From the NCBI GenBank assembly GCA_963727525.1, contig CAVSGO010000006.1, positions 96,001-160,000 on the forward strand: a stretch of 64,000 nucleotides of DNA. The letters are read 5' to 3'. The DNA comes from an uncultured bacterium (lineage in GTDB: Bacteria; Krumholzibacteriota; Krumholzibacteriia; LZORAL124-64-63). Shown piece by piece: positions 9,375-19,279 of the stretch (position 1 is its first letter; every line of letters begins with the position of its first letter). A program made the position numbers and the translations under genes. The notes under the pieces are model-generated. The model saw only the letters and a list, made by a program, of their open reading frames with translations, had not been told where the DNA came from and did not search any database.

Positions 9375-10943
9375 ATGCGACGATCGACTGCGACGACAAC
9401 CTGTCTGGCTCTGTTGCTGGGCCTGTTGTACGCGGCGCCCGTCCACTGCGCGACGCTGAATGGAACGCTCACGCTCGGAAACATCAGTCTGGACGAGGAT
9501 GCCGGCGATCTGTCCGCGATGCAGGAGACGTACAACATCCACGACGGATTCTCCGTCTCGCAGATCCTGCTCAACGGCCAGCTCAGCGACCGGAACATGT
9601 TCCAGCTCGACCTGCGTGAGATCAACCTGGACAGCCGCAAGGGGCTCTTCACCTACCGGCTGGCCGACGTCGGCGACGTGACGGTGCGCTATGACCAGCA
9701 TCGGCAGCTCTTCGATGCCGATGGTGCCGTCAGTTCCGAGCGCAAGGATCTGCGCATCGGAGCCAGGGCGGCCATGACACCGTGGCTGCGCGTGTCGGGC
9801 AACTACAATCACCAGACGCGCGCGGGCGACCGACTGGGCTATCCAGCCGGCAACATCGGCTGGCTGGGCAACGGCTACGACTACACGCTGCAGACCGGCC
9901 GCGTGGAGGCCGAGGTGCATGACCACGTCCGCGGTCTGGCCGTGGGCTACGAGATGTCGGACTATGCCGACACTGAGCACAACGGTACCGACCGCCAGGG
10001 CCATGTGGTCTCGGTGCGTGGTCACATGCCCTGCCTGTTCTTGCCCGATCACGTGTCGCACTACGTGCGCGCGGCGTTCGGCCAGCAGGAACTGGTGGGC
10101 AGCGGCCTGCAGTACGACATGGCGTCATTCCAGTACGTGGGCGTGGTCAAGCCGGTGGATCAGTTCAAGTTCAAGTACGACCTGTACCTGAGCCGCGTGG
10201 ACGACGACGCCACCGATCTGAAGACGGACGACATCCGCAACAACTTCGACCTGACCTACTTCTTCAAGTACGGCCAGGTCTTCGGTGGTTATAGCTACGT
10301 GACTGCCGACGACGACCGCACCCTCACCAGCTCCAATGTCTGGCGTGTGGGAGCGGCGGGCGGCTATCACCATGCGATCCGCGCCAAGGTGAGCTACGCC
10401 ACGTCGGACAAGACCGACACCGAGCAGCTCACCTTGCTCAAGGACGTGGAGCAGGACCGTTTCCGGGCGAGCCTGCAGTCGCAACCGGTTGAGAATCTGA
10501 CGGTCGGCGCGTCCTATGCCGACCGCACGCGGGAGTTCCCTGTCATCAACGTGAAGGCCACCGGCAAGCAGGTGAGCACCTTCGCGCGGGTGACGGTGCC
10601 CGGCTGGGGCGGCTTCGGTGCCGACTACACCTATAGCCGTGACGAGTATGACGACCTGGTGGCGGGATACGACGCCGAGAGCAACGTCGTGACCGGCCGT
10701 GTCGACGTGGATTACATCAAGAATCTGCGTCTGTCCGCCGCCGTGTCCTATCTGGATATCGGAAAGGACCTCGATATCGAGAAGTCGATCCTCTCCTTCG
10801 AGGGGCGTTACAACCTGCTCGACGACTATCACATCGAGGTCAAGTACAACGTCTACAACTACGACGACTACATCCTGCTGGACCGCTACTACACGGCCAA
10901 CGTCGTGTGGGTGAACATCGGTTACGATTTCTCGGTGGAGTAG
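9375..10943 (+). CDS. Outer-membrane beta-barrel, MtrB/PioB-like porin partner
   Basis: Signal peptide, alternating amphipathic Tyr/Asp-rich strands, C-terminal VWVNIGYDF. Sits between two multiheme genes. Confidence 0.8.
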   Translation: MRRSTATTTCLALLLGLLYAAPVHCATLNGTLTLGNISLDEDAGDLSAMQETYNIHDGFSVSQILLNGQLSDRNMFQLDLREINLDSRKGLFTYRLADVGDVTVRYDQHRQLFDADGAVSSERKDLRIGARAAMTPWLRVSGNYNHQTRAGDRLGYPAGNIGWLGNGYDYTLQTGRVEAEVHDHVRGLAVGYEMSDYADTEHNGTDRQGHVVSVRGHMPCLFLPDHVSHYVRAAFGQQELVGSGLQYDMASFQYVGVVKPVDQFKFKYDLYLSRVDDDATDLKTDDIRNNFDLTYFFKYGQVFGGYSYVTADDDRTLTSSNVWRVGAAGGYHHAIRAKVSYATSDKTDTEQLTLLKDVEQDRFRASLQSQPVENLTVGASYADRTREFPVINVKATGKQVSTFARVTVPGWGGFGADYTYSRDEYDDLVAGYDAESNVVTGRVDVDYIKNLRLSAAVSYLDIGKDLDIEKSILSFEGRYNLLDDYHIEVKYNVYNYDDYILLDRYYTANVVWVNIGYDFSVE

Positions 10944-10980
10944 CATTCGCGTTCTCGAGTACGAGGCAAGGAGGAAGACA

Positions 10981-12006
10981 ATGTCCGCTCTCAGGAATCT
11001 CAGTCTAATCACGATCGTGCTACTGCTCCTGGTCGGTGTGACCGCATGCGACCGCACGATCACCCGTGTCGAGCAGGTGGCGGATCAGCCCAGCAGCTGC
11101 TTCAACTGCCATGGCGACGACAACACCGCGCTCATCTCGGCCCAGCTGGCATGGGAGAACTCGCGCCACGCGAGCGGCCTCAATACCAACCGGGCCACGG
11201 CCGACTGCTCCGGTTGCCATACCGGCGACGGCTTCATCGCGCGCGCCGAAGGGAACATCCCCGAGGCCTACGACAACCCGTCGGTCATCCATTGCTTCAC
11301 CTGCCACGCGCCGCACAGCAACGGCGACTTCGGTCTGCGCTGGACGGAAATGGCCACGCTCGAGGACGGCACCACGTTCGATCTCCACGCTGGCAACCTC
11401 TGCGTGGCTTGCCACCATGCGCGCGACGACGTCAACACCTTCGTGCGCACGGGCGGCGACGTGACGATCAGCAGCACCCACTGGGGTCCGCACCATGGCC
11501 CGCAGGGCGACATGCTGCTGGGCTCCAACGGCTACGAGTACGACAGCTACGGCTACGAGCAGACGCCATACCACCGCACCCTCACCCAGGACGGCTGCGT
11601 GGACTGCCACTTCAAGACCACGCGCAACTTCGTGGTGGGCGGCCACTCGTTCAACATGGAGGCCGATCTCGAGGGCTCCACGGTGCGCAACACCGCGGCC
11701 TGCGCGGCGTGCCACACCGGCCTCAGCGATTTCAACTACAACTCCGTGCAGGACAGCGTGGCCACCATGCTGACGACGCTGGAGACTTCGCTCGAGGATG
11801 CGGGCCTGTTCACCAGTGGCCACCCGGTCGCACAGACCGTGGCCGAGGCCGACGCGGGCGCCATGTGGAACTACCTGCTGGTCGAGGAAGACCGCAGCAT
11901 GGGCGTTCACAACTCGAAGTACATCATCGGACTTCTTGACTCTTCCATTCAATATTTGGCGGACAAGAAGTCGGTTGCACCGCTGGCTCTGGTTGACCAA
12001 GATTAG
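10981..12006 (+). CDS. Hexaheme c-type cytochrome lipoprotein, probably outer-surface
   Basis: GGAGG RBS; lipobox VTA-C; 6 CxxCH (CFNCH, CSGCH, CFTCH, CVACH, CVDCH, CAACH); NrfA-fold-like tail EEDRSMGVHNSKY. Confidence 0.9.
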   Translation: MSALRNLSLITIVLLLLVGVTACDRTITRVEQVADQPSSCFNCHGDDNTALISAQLAWENSRHASGLNTNRATADCSGCHTGDGFIARAEGNIPEAYDNPSVIHCFTCHAPHSNGDFGLRWTEMATLEDGTTFDLHAGNLCVACHHARDDVNTFVRTGGDVTISSTHWGPHHGPQGDMLLGSNGYEYDSYGYEQTPYHRTLTQDGCVDCHFKTTRNFVVGGHSFNMEADLEGSTVRNTAACAACHTGLSDFNYNSVQDSVATMLTTLETSLEDAGLFTSGHPVAQTVAEADAGAMWNYLLVEEDRSMGVHNSKYIIGLLDSSIQYLADKKSVAPLALVDQD

Positions 12007-12050
12007 ACCAGACCAGTAGGACTGCGCGAGCAGCATACTCGCTGAATCAC

Positions 12051-12082
12051 ACACGGGCGGGGACGGTCTCCGCCCGTGTTTT
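12051..12082 (+). terminator. Intra-cluster terminator-like hairpin
   Basis: acacgggcgg / ccgcccgtgt 10-bp stem followed by a short T run. Confidence 0.6.
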
Positions 12083-12097
12083 CTGAGAGGGATCACC

Positions 12098-14719
12098 GTG
12101 AACTTGAGAGCTTCACTGCGTGCGCTGGCCGTGTTTATTCTCGCCGCGACACTGTCCAGCATCACCTCTCTCTCCTCGGCGTACGCCGACAACGACACGT
12201 GCTTCATGTGCCACGACGATGCGTCGCTCAAGAGCGAGTCGGGCAAGTCCGTCGGCGTTCTGGCGAAGTTGTTCGATGCGAGTGTTCACGCCGGCCTGGA
12301 GTGCACCGACTGCCACACGCAGGACGCGAACTTCGATGACGTGCCGCATTTCTCGCGTTACCAGCCGGTCAATTGCGCGATGTGCCACGAGGACGCGGCG
12401 CACAGCTTCGGATTGAATTTTCACGCCAAGGCGGCTACCCAGGGCAACACCAATGCTCCGAACTGCAAGGACTGCCACGGCGTCGACGGCAATCCCCACG
12501 CGATGCGCGCCCTTACCGCGCGCACGGCGGAGTCGGCGTGCCGACGGTGCCACGCTTCGGAAGCCAAGATCTATGACACCGGTGTGCATGCGATCGCCGA
12601 CAAGGGTGGTCGCGAGAGGGCCGGATGCGTGACCTGCCACCAGTCGCACGGCCCGGGTCTGCCGCCCTCGTCCGGCGCCGTGAACGGCCTCTGCGAGAAG
12701 TGCCACAAGGGCGCCATGGAGGACGTCCAGCGCGGTGGCCACGTGGCCATTGGCGAGGGACTCAACCAGACGCTGAACTGCGCTTCGTGCCACGACGTGC
12801 ATGGCACGCACAAGCCGCACCTGTCCGCGCGCGTGGCCCAGGCGTGCGTCACCTGCCACCAGAAGGAACGCGATGCCTTCATAGGGTCGGTACACGAGAC
12901 GCTCATCGCCGGCGGCACGATGCATTGCCTTTCCTGTCACAGCACGCACAAGGACGAGGCGGCGGCGCGGCAGTACGACGCGGGCTGCGGCAGTTGCCAC
13001 GGCGACGTGGAAAAGATCTACCGCGGTAGCGTGCACCGTTTCGGCCGCTTGCGCGGCGATGACGGTGCCGCGACGTGTGCCAACTGTCACCACGGACACC
13101 ATATCCTCCCGGCGACCGATCCGGCGTCGCCGACGAATCGCTTGAACATTCCCAGCACCTGCGGCGAATGCCACACCGATGAGAGCATCGTCACCAAGGA
13201 CTTCGTGCGTCTGCCGATCACGCTGCCAAACTACATGAACTCGGTGCACGGCAAGGGGCTCGTGGCGGGCAAACCCACCGCGACCTGCACCGACTGCCAT
13301 GGCACGCACGACCTGCAGACCGCCCAGGATCCGAATTCGAAGATCAATCGGTTCCACATCGCGCAGACGTGCAGCAAGTGCCACGCGGATATCGCGGAGA
13401 AATACGAGAACTCGATCCACGGCAAGGCTGTGCAGGTGGGTATCGAGGATTCGCCGACCTGCATCGATTGCCACGACGAGCACCTGATCAAGGACGTCAA
13501 GGACCCCACCGCGCGGCAGAATCCAGAGAACATCGCGCGCGAGCTGTGCGGTGACTGCCACAACAACTCGGACATGGTGTCGAAGTACGGCATCGCCGCG
13601 GGCGTCGTGAGCAGCTATCTCGACAGCTACCACGGGTGGGCGATCAGCCGCGGGGGAACCCTCGTGGCCACCTGCGTCGATTGCCACACGACCCACGAGA
13701 TCCGGGCCCCGCAGGATCCCGAGTCGTCGGTCTTCGTGGACAACGTGACAAAAACGTGCGGCAAGTGCCACGCGAATGCCAACGAGACGTTTTCCCGCTC
13801 TTACACGCACGCGGGCGCGCTAGCGGCGCGCGGGCCGCACGGCTGGGCGAAGCTGATCTACCTCATCCTGATCGCCGTGGTGCTTGGCGGCATGGCGCTG
13901 CACAACTTCGTGATCGCGCGCTTCGAGATCATCAAGCACCGCGTGCGCCGGCGCCGGGAGGCGTACGTCGTGCGCTGGCAGCGCGTGGAGCGCGTGCAGC
14001 ACCTGATCCTGCTCACGTCGTTCTTCGGCCTGGCCATCACCGGCTTCGCGCTGCGCATGCACGACGCCTGGTGGGTCAAGGTGATCGGCCTCGGTGGCTC
14101 CGAGTCGGTGCGCGCCAACCTGCACCGCGCGCTGGCCGTGATCCTCACCGGAGCAGCGTTCTTCCACCTGTGGTGGATCATCGCCACCCGGCGCGGTCGT
14201 TACGCCGTCAAGGAGATGGCGCCCGGCGCGCACGACATCGTGCACTTCATCAAGAACATGGGCTTCCACCTGGGCTTCACGTCCGAGCGACCGAAGTTCC
14301 GACGGTTCGATTACACGCAGAAGGCGGAGTACTGGGCGGTCGTCTGGGGCACCATGGTCATGGCTCTCACCGGGCTCGTGCTGTGGTTCCCCGTGCTGGT
14401 GACCACCTGGACGCCCGCCTGGGTGGTGCGCGTGGCCGAGGTGGTGCACTACTACGAGGCCATCCTCGCGGTCTCGGCCATCATCATCTGGCACTTCTTC
14501 TACGTCATCTTCATGCCATCGGAGTACCCGGTGAGCACCGTGTGGCTCGACGGCCGCATGCCGGAGCACGACTGGAAGGAATTCCACGCGGCCGAGCACG
14601 AGACCGACGGCGACGCAGTGGTGCAGCAGCCCGGGCCCAGCACCGATCTGCCCGGCATCGCGGTGTTCGTGCCCAAGGCGTTGCGCAGCAAGCGTCCTCC
14701 CGACCCGAAACACGGGTGA
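12098..14719 (+). CDS. CbcL-like 19-heme cytochrome c fused to a membrane cytochrome b (FdnI/HydC-type)
   Basis: Signal peptide; 19 CxxCH counted; C-terminal TM domain with ERVQH, LAITG, LHR, FDYTQKAEYWA..WG...M.LTG, VHYYEAILA...IIIWHFF. Confidence 0.92.
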   Translation: MNLRASLRALAVFILAATLSSITSLSSAYADNDTCFMCHDDASLKSESGKSVGVLAKLFDASVHAGLECTDCHTQDANFDDVPHFSRYQPVNCAMCHEDAAHSFGLNFHAKAATQGNTNAPNCKDCHGVDGNPHAMRALTARTAESACRRCHASEAKIYDTGVHAIADKGGRERAGCVTCHQSHGPGLPPSSGAVNGLCEKCHKGAMEDVQRGGHVAIGEGLNQTLNCASCHDVHGTHKPHLSARVAQACVTCHQKERDAFIGSVHETLIAGGTMHCLSCHSTHKDEAAARQYDAGCGSCHGDVEKIYRGSVHRFGRLRGDDGAATCANCHHGHHILPATDPASPTNRLNIPSTCGECHTDESIVTKDFVRLPITLPNYMNSVHGKGLVAGKPTATCTDCHGTHDLQTAQDPNSKINRFHIAQTCSKCHADIAEKYENSIHGKAVQVGIEDSPTCIDCHDEHLIKDVKDPTARQNPENIARELCGDCHNNSDMVSKYGIAAGVVSSYLDSYHGWAISRGGTLVATCVDCHTTHEIRAPQDPESSVFVDNVTKTCGKCHANANETFSRSYTHAGALAARGPHGWAKLIYLILIAVVLGGMALHNFVIARFEIIKHRVRRRREAYVVRWQRVERVQHLILLTSFFGLAITGFALRMHDAWWVKVIGLGGSESVRANLHRALAVILTGAAFFHLWWIIATRRGRYAVKEMAPGAHDIVHFIKNMGFHLGFTSERPKFRRFDYTQKAEYWAVVWGTMVMALTGLVLWFPVLVTTWTPAWVVRVAEVVHYYEAILAVSAIIIWHFFYVIFMPSEYPVSTVWLDGRMPEHDWKEFHAAEHETDGDAVVQQPGPSTDLPGIAVFVPKALRSKRPPDPKHG

Positions 14720-14743
14720 ACGCCCGCTGATTAGTCGCATTCC

Positions 14744-14781
14744 TCAATGAGGCCCCGGAGATCCTTACCGGGGCCTCTTGA
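14744..14781. terminator. Hairpin ending the cytochrome cluster
   Basis: tcaa-t-gaggccccgg ... ccggggcctc-ttga inverted repeat, 25 bp after the stop. Confidence 0.6.
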
Positions 14782-14900
14782 TATTCCGTTGTCACAGCTG
14801 CTGCCCGGACTCGTAATCTGTGATACCCTGGAGAGCGCCGCGCCTATCGGGAGCGGCGACCTCGCCGGCCTGATGGTGGATCACCCCAATGAAAGGCCAC

Positions 14901-17543
14901 ATGATCATGTCTCGATATGGACCCCAGATTCGTTGGCGCCGCGTCGCCCCGCTGATCGCGGCGCTCCTATCCATCCTCGCCCTCCCCGCATCCGCCGACC
15001 CACCCCATGTGCCTCAGACCTCGCATCTCCTGCCCGGCGACGGCGGCTCCTTCCCCGCGCTCGCGGACCAGACGACGCCTTCCATTGCCGCGGGCAATGG
15101 GGGGTTTCTCGCCGTCTGGACCGATGAACGCTCCACCGTGCTCGCCGGCGGTGGCACAGGCAAGGACATCTACGCGGCCCGGCTCGCGGGCGACGGCAGC
15201 GTGATCGACACGATCCCCATCGTCGTCACGCGCGCCGCGGGCGACCAGTATGATCCCACGGCGGTCTGGAACGGCACCGACTGGCTCGTCATCTGGACCG
15301 GCACCGTGGTTGAAACGCCTTACCCGCGCCACAACACCGAGGGCGCCCGTGTCTCTGGCGACGGCGCGTTGCTCGACGCGCAACCCTTCGAGATCTGGGA
15401 ATTCGGCGACAGCGGCGAGCACGTGGTCGGCGCCGCGAGCGACGGTCAGAACTGGGCCGTCGTCATGACCGACATCTACGTCAATGGACTCTCCACGAAT
15501 ACGCGCCTCGTCGGCCGCAAGATCTCGTCCACGGGCGTCGTCACCGGCGCGCCGTACTACCTGTACTCGCCCGCCTGTTGCTCCTTCTTCTGGCGCACCG
15601 GCATGGCCTACGCGGGTGGTACGTACATGGTGGTGTTCGAGGGGTACGTCGATAGCTGGAACTACGGCATCTTCGGCCTGCGCCTGAGCCCCGGCCTCAC
15701 GACCCTAGACAGCTATCCCGTGGTGCTCACCGAGATCGCGATGCAGAGCGAAACCCGCTTCTACGCGAGCCCCACGATCACGTCCGACGGCTCCACCTTC
15801 TACGTGGCCTGGGACCTGTGGCACCGATTCGAGAACAGCCAGGTCTACGGAGCTCGGATCATGCCCGACGGCACATCGCTCGACGGGAACGGTGTACCCA
15901 TCTCGGGCGTGCTACCCGAAAACAGCGAGCTGCAGCCCACGGCCAACTGGGACGGCACCCACTGGGTGGTGGGCTGGCCGCAGGGCGCACAGCTCCAGCT
16001 CGCGCGGGTCAGCGGCGTGGGCATTGTCGTGGATCCCGGCGGCGTGGCGAGCGGGCTGCCCCTCGGGACGTCGTTCACCGGACCGGCCGCAGGGCTGCAG
16101 GTCGCCTACGCCGAGGCCCGCCATGCCGATACGCATCCGTTCGATGCCGTCACGGCGCACCTCGATCCGGACCTCGCTGTCGGTCCCGTGGACGTGGTGT
16201 CTCTCGGCGCGCCCATGCAGCTCGACGCCGCCATCGCCCACGGCACCCTGGGGGCGCTGATCGTGTCGGCGAGCCGGACGGCCGACGCCGCGCACATCGT
16301 CGCTCAGCTCGTCGACGACATGGGAGAGGCCATCGGCGCCTCGCCCCTGACGCTGGCAGCCGGCACGGTGGCGCATCCGGACGTGGCGTGGGACGGGACC
16401 CGGTATCTCGTGGCGTGGGACGACGGTGATTCCGTGATGGGGACCCGCATCAGCGCGACCGGGGATCTGCTCGACGCCACACCCGTCGCCCTCCTCGCAG
16501 GTATCGATCCGGCCATCTCCGGCCGCACGCAGGGCTTCCTCGTGGCTTCCACCGCGACGAGCGGCGCCCAGGCGGTGCGCGTGGATGGAGACGGCACCGT
16601 GGTCGACGCCACGCCGCTCATGCTCGGCGCGGGCCTCGCCAGCCACGCCGCCGCCGCCGCGCTGGACGACCTGTGGCTCACGGTGTGGGAGCAGGATGGT
16701 GCGCCCGATGGCGGCGACGTGATGCTCTCGGCCGTGAACGACGTCGGCGCGGTCGTGGGCCCGATCCCGGTGACGACGCTGGGCGACGGCCTCGCCACTC
16801 GCCATCCGGCCATTGCAGTCGGCGACTCCATCCTCGTGGCCTGGGAAGACGGCCGCAACGGCACGGCTGACATCTACGGCCGCCGCTATTCGTCCGGTCT
16901 GACGGTCGCCGACCCGGCCGGCGGCGTGGCCCTGGTGATGGCCGACGACGACCAGCTCAACCCCGCCGTCGCGTGGGACGGTGTGCGCTTCATCAGCGCC
17001 TTCGATGACACCCGCGACCGCACCACCAGCCTCGACCATGCCATCGCCGTCTATCGGAGCTGGGCCTCGGCCTATGGCCCGATCGCCGAGACCACGGGGC
17101 TCCCGCTGTTTTCCGGCGATACCTCAGCGGCGGGTGCCGCCGTGACCGGCGACGCCGGCAACCAGATCTACGTGGCCTCGGTCTTCCACCCCGAGCAGCC
17201 TTTTGCGGCCACCCGCCTCGAGGTGCGCTTCGCGGGCCGGCCGACCGCCGTGGACGCGGTGCCGTCGCTCACGCGGTTGCTGCCCGCCTACCCCAACCCG
17301 GCCAACCCGGCCACCAATATCCGTTTCACCCTTGCCCGGGCCGGCGACGCGGTGATCGACATCTTCGACACCCGGGGCCGCCACATCCGCAGCCTCCAGG
17401 GCACGGGCCTCACCACCGGCGCCCACGCAATGCTGTGGAACGGCACCGACGTTCGCGGCGAAGCGGCGCCGTCGGGCACGTACCTGTACCGCCTGCGCGC
17501 CGAAGGCATGCAGGCCACCGGCAAGCTCTCGCTGGTAAGATGA
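14901..17543 (+). CDS. Secreted beta-repeat protein with FlgD-like CTD
   Basis: Signal peptide; repeated P.[VI]AWDG..[WY]LV.W / ARv..dG..lD units; AYPNPANP...GKLSLVR. Start could be 14889, 14901 or 14907. Confidence 0.85.
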   Translation: MIMSRYGPQIRWRRVAPLIAALLSILALPASADPPHVPQTSHLLPGDGGSFPALADQTTPSIAAGNGGFLAVWTDERSTVLAGGGTGKDIYAARLAGDGSVIDTIPIVVTRAAGDQYDPTAVWNGTDWLVIWTGTVVETPYPRHNTEGARVSGDGALLDAQPFEIWEFGDSGEHVVGAASDGQNWAVVMTDIYVNGLSTNTRLVGRKISSTGVVTGAPYYLYSPACCSFFWRTGMAYAGGTYMVVFEGYVDSWNYGIFGLRLSPGLTTLDSYPVVLTEIAMQSETRFYASPTITSDGSTFYVAWDLWHRFENSQVYGARIMPDGTSLDGNGVPISGVLPENSELQPTANWDGTHWVVGWPQGAQLQLARVSGVGIVVDPGGVASGLPLGTSFTGPAAGLQVAYAEARHADTHPFDAVTAHLDPDLAVGPVDVVSLGAPMQLDAAIAHGTLGALIVSASRTADAAHIVAQLVDDMGEAIGASPLTLAAGTVAHPDVAWDGTRYLVAWDDGDSVMGTRISATGDLLDATPVALLAGIDPAISGRTQGFLVASTATSGAQAVRVDGDGTVVDATPLMLGAGLASHAAAAALDDLWLTVWEQDGAPDGGDVMLSAVNDVGAVVGPIPVTTLGDGLATRHPAIAVGDSILVAWEDGRNGTADIYGRRYSSGLTVADPAGGVALVMADDDQLNPAVAWDGVRFISAFDDTRDRTTSLDHAIAVYRSWASAYGPIAETTGLPLFSGDTSAAGAAVTGDAGNQIYVASVFHPEQPFAATRLEVRFAGRPTAVDAVPSLTRLLPAYPNPANPATNIRFTLARAGDAVIDIFDTRGRHIRSLQGTGLTTGAHAMLWNGTDVRGEAAPSGTYLYRLRAEGMQATGKLSLVR

Positions 17544-17663
17544 CCACCCGGTGCCTGTCCGGTTCAGCCGGCGGACGGGCGCCTCATGTCGACGGCAAGC
17601 CCGGTCGTCGCGCCCACACGAGCAGGACGACCGGGCTGCCACGACTCACGCGAGGCTGTGGTC

Positions 17664-18107
17664 TCAGAAGAGCGCCTTCACCGACGACCAGGTGAAGCTC
17701 TCGACGGGATTCGACTCGCAAACAATGGTCGCGGTCCCGCTGCGGGTCCATTCGTCCACGAGTTCCTCGCCGTACGGCGCCACGATATGGACGGAATAGC
17801 CCAGCCTGAAATCCCCTTCGGGATCGAACCCGGTCCAGGTTCCCTCGAAACTGTAGACCTGCGGGTTTGTCTCGTGCGTGATCGTCCCGGACCAGGTCTG
17901 GGTCTCGAGCACGGTCCCGTCGCCGGCGAGCAAGCTGACGGTATAGTCGAGATCGCCCTGAGTCACACCGTTGCGCCAGTTGATACCGACGTCGAGGTTC
18001 CAGGTGGAGCAATTCCCCGACGCCGTGATCTCGGTGAAATCCGTCGCTCCCGCCACGGCCGGAAGGAACAGGCCAAGGCCCACGACCATCATGATCCATC
18101 GTGTCAT
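17664..18107 (-). CDS. Small secreted protein (147 aa) with a short PVESFTWSSVKALF tail
   Basis: GGAGG RBS, signal peptide MTRWIMMVVGLGLFLPAVAGA, beta-rich body with two Cys. Confidence 0.82.
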   Translation of the reverse strand: MTRWIMMVVGLGLFLPAVAGATDFTEITASGNCSTWNLDVGINWRNGVTQGDLDYTVSLLAGDGTVLETQTWSGTITHETNPQVYSFEGTWTGFDPEGDFRLGYSVHIVAPYGEELVDEWTRSGTATIVCESNPVESFTWSSVKALF

Positions 18108-18328
18108 CGCTAACCTCCCCATGTATCTTATTGAACAGCCATGATCGCTTGCAGCCCCATCTGCACCCACGATCGGTCGGCACGAGCCAGGCAGGTGCGC
18201 GTGCTCGACCTGGCGCGGAATCACGACCGGATCCGTCAACGGCATTGTAATCATGACAGTCCCTGTCGTAAACTCGTGGTCCCAGAATGGGGGGGGCAAT
18301 CGCAACCCATTCACCGACTGGAGGCGCC

Positions 18329-19270
18329 ATGAAATCGTTGACCTATATCCTCATCGCTCTACTCGCCGTCGCTGCCCTGCCCGCCCTTGCCACCGGCGAC
18401 AACCACTGGCATGTCTCGACCTACCGGGCCGAGTACTTCGACGGCCACGATGCCGCCAACCAGGCCCTCTATTGCGGTGACGAGACGATCCCGGCCTGTA
18501 CGGCCCAGGACACCATCGGCGGAATCGGCAGGGACTGGCTGGATGACGTGGAATGGCGTTCCAGCGTCGCCGACCCCTCCCAGCCCGTGACCGTCCGTTT
18601 GACCGGATTGTTGAACTACGATCTTCCCGACCTGAACTGGGATTTCCTCAATCTCTACATCCAGAGGGGTACCACGCTGGAGTTGCTGAATAGCTGGACG
18701 GGCACCTACGCCAGCACCGTGTCTCTCGATTTCACCGCCACGCTCAACCCCGGCGAGTATACCGGCCCGGGGAATGACGAGGTGAGGCTGGTCTGGCGCG
18801 TCGTGGCTTCCGCCGATGGGTGGGACGACGAGGATTGCCTCAACCCCAGCCACGGAGCCTGCCAGATCGACGATCTCTACGTCTATTTCGATGGCGTCCG
18901 TGTCACGTACGACACCTTCGAACCGGGCAGCCCGGTCAGCTGGACCCCCGTCGGCGATGCGATCACGGCGGCGGACGATGTCCCCGGGATCGGGCAGGTC
19001 GCCGTGGCCGCCCACCCGAATCCCTTCAATCCGCGGACGACCATCGCCTTCGCTCTCCCGCAGGCCGCCGACGTGTCCCTGGCCTTGTTCGATCTGCAGG
19101 GGCGGCTGGTCAGGACTCTCGTGAACGCGACGACCTATCCCGCCGGCCGTCACCAGCAGGTGTGGGATGGGCGGGACGATCTCGGACAGACGGCGCCCTC
19201 GGGCGTCTATTTCTACCGGTTCACTGCGGGGCAGGAGAGTCGGACGGGGAAGTTGACCATGTTGAAGTGA
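18329..19270 (+). CDS. Secreted jelly-roll-like protein with FlgD-like CTD
   Basis: GGAGG RBS; signal peptide ending ALA; HPNPFNPRTTI...WDGRD...SGVYFYR...GKLTMLK. Confidence 0.88.
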   Translation: MKSLTYILIALLAVAALPALATGDNHWHVSTYRAEYFDGHDAANQALYCGDETIPACTAQDTIGGIGRDWLDDVEWRSSVADPSQPVTVRLTGLLNYDLPDLNWDFLNLYIQRGTTLELLNSWTGTYASTVSLDFTATLNPGEYTGPGNDEVRLVWRVVASADGWDDEDCLNPSHGACQIDDLYVYFDGVRVTYDTFEPGSPVSWTPVGDAITAADDVPGIGQVAVAAHPNPFNPRTTIAFALPQAADVSLALFDLQGRLVRTLVNATTYPAGRHQQVWDGRDDLGQTAPSGVYFYRFTAGQESRTGKLTMLK

Positions 19271-19279
19271 TCTCGAGCG

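Noticed and set aside
10981-12006. NrfA nitrite reductase
   Set aside because: No CxxCK catalytic heme motif; only the C-terminal fold signature is similar.
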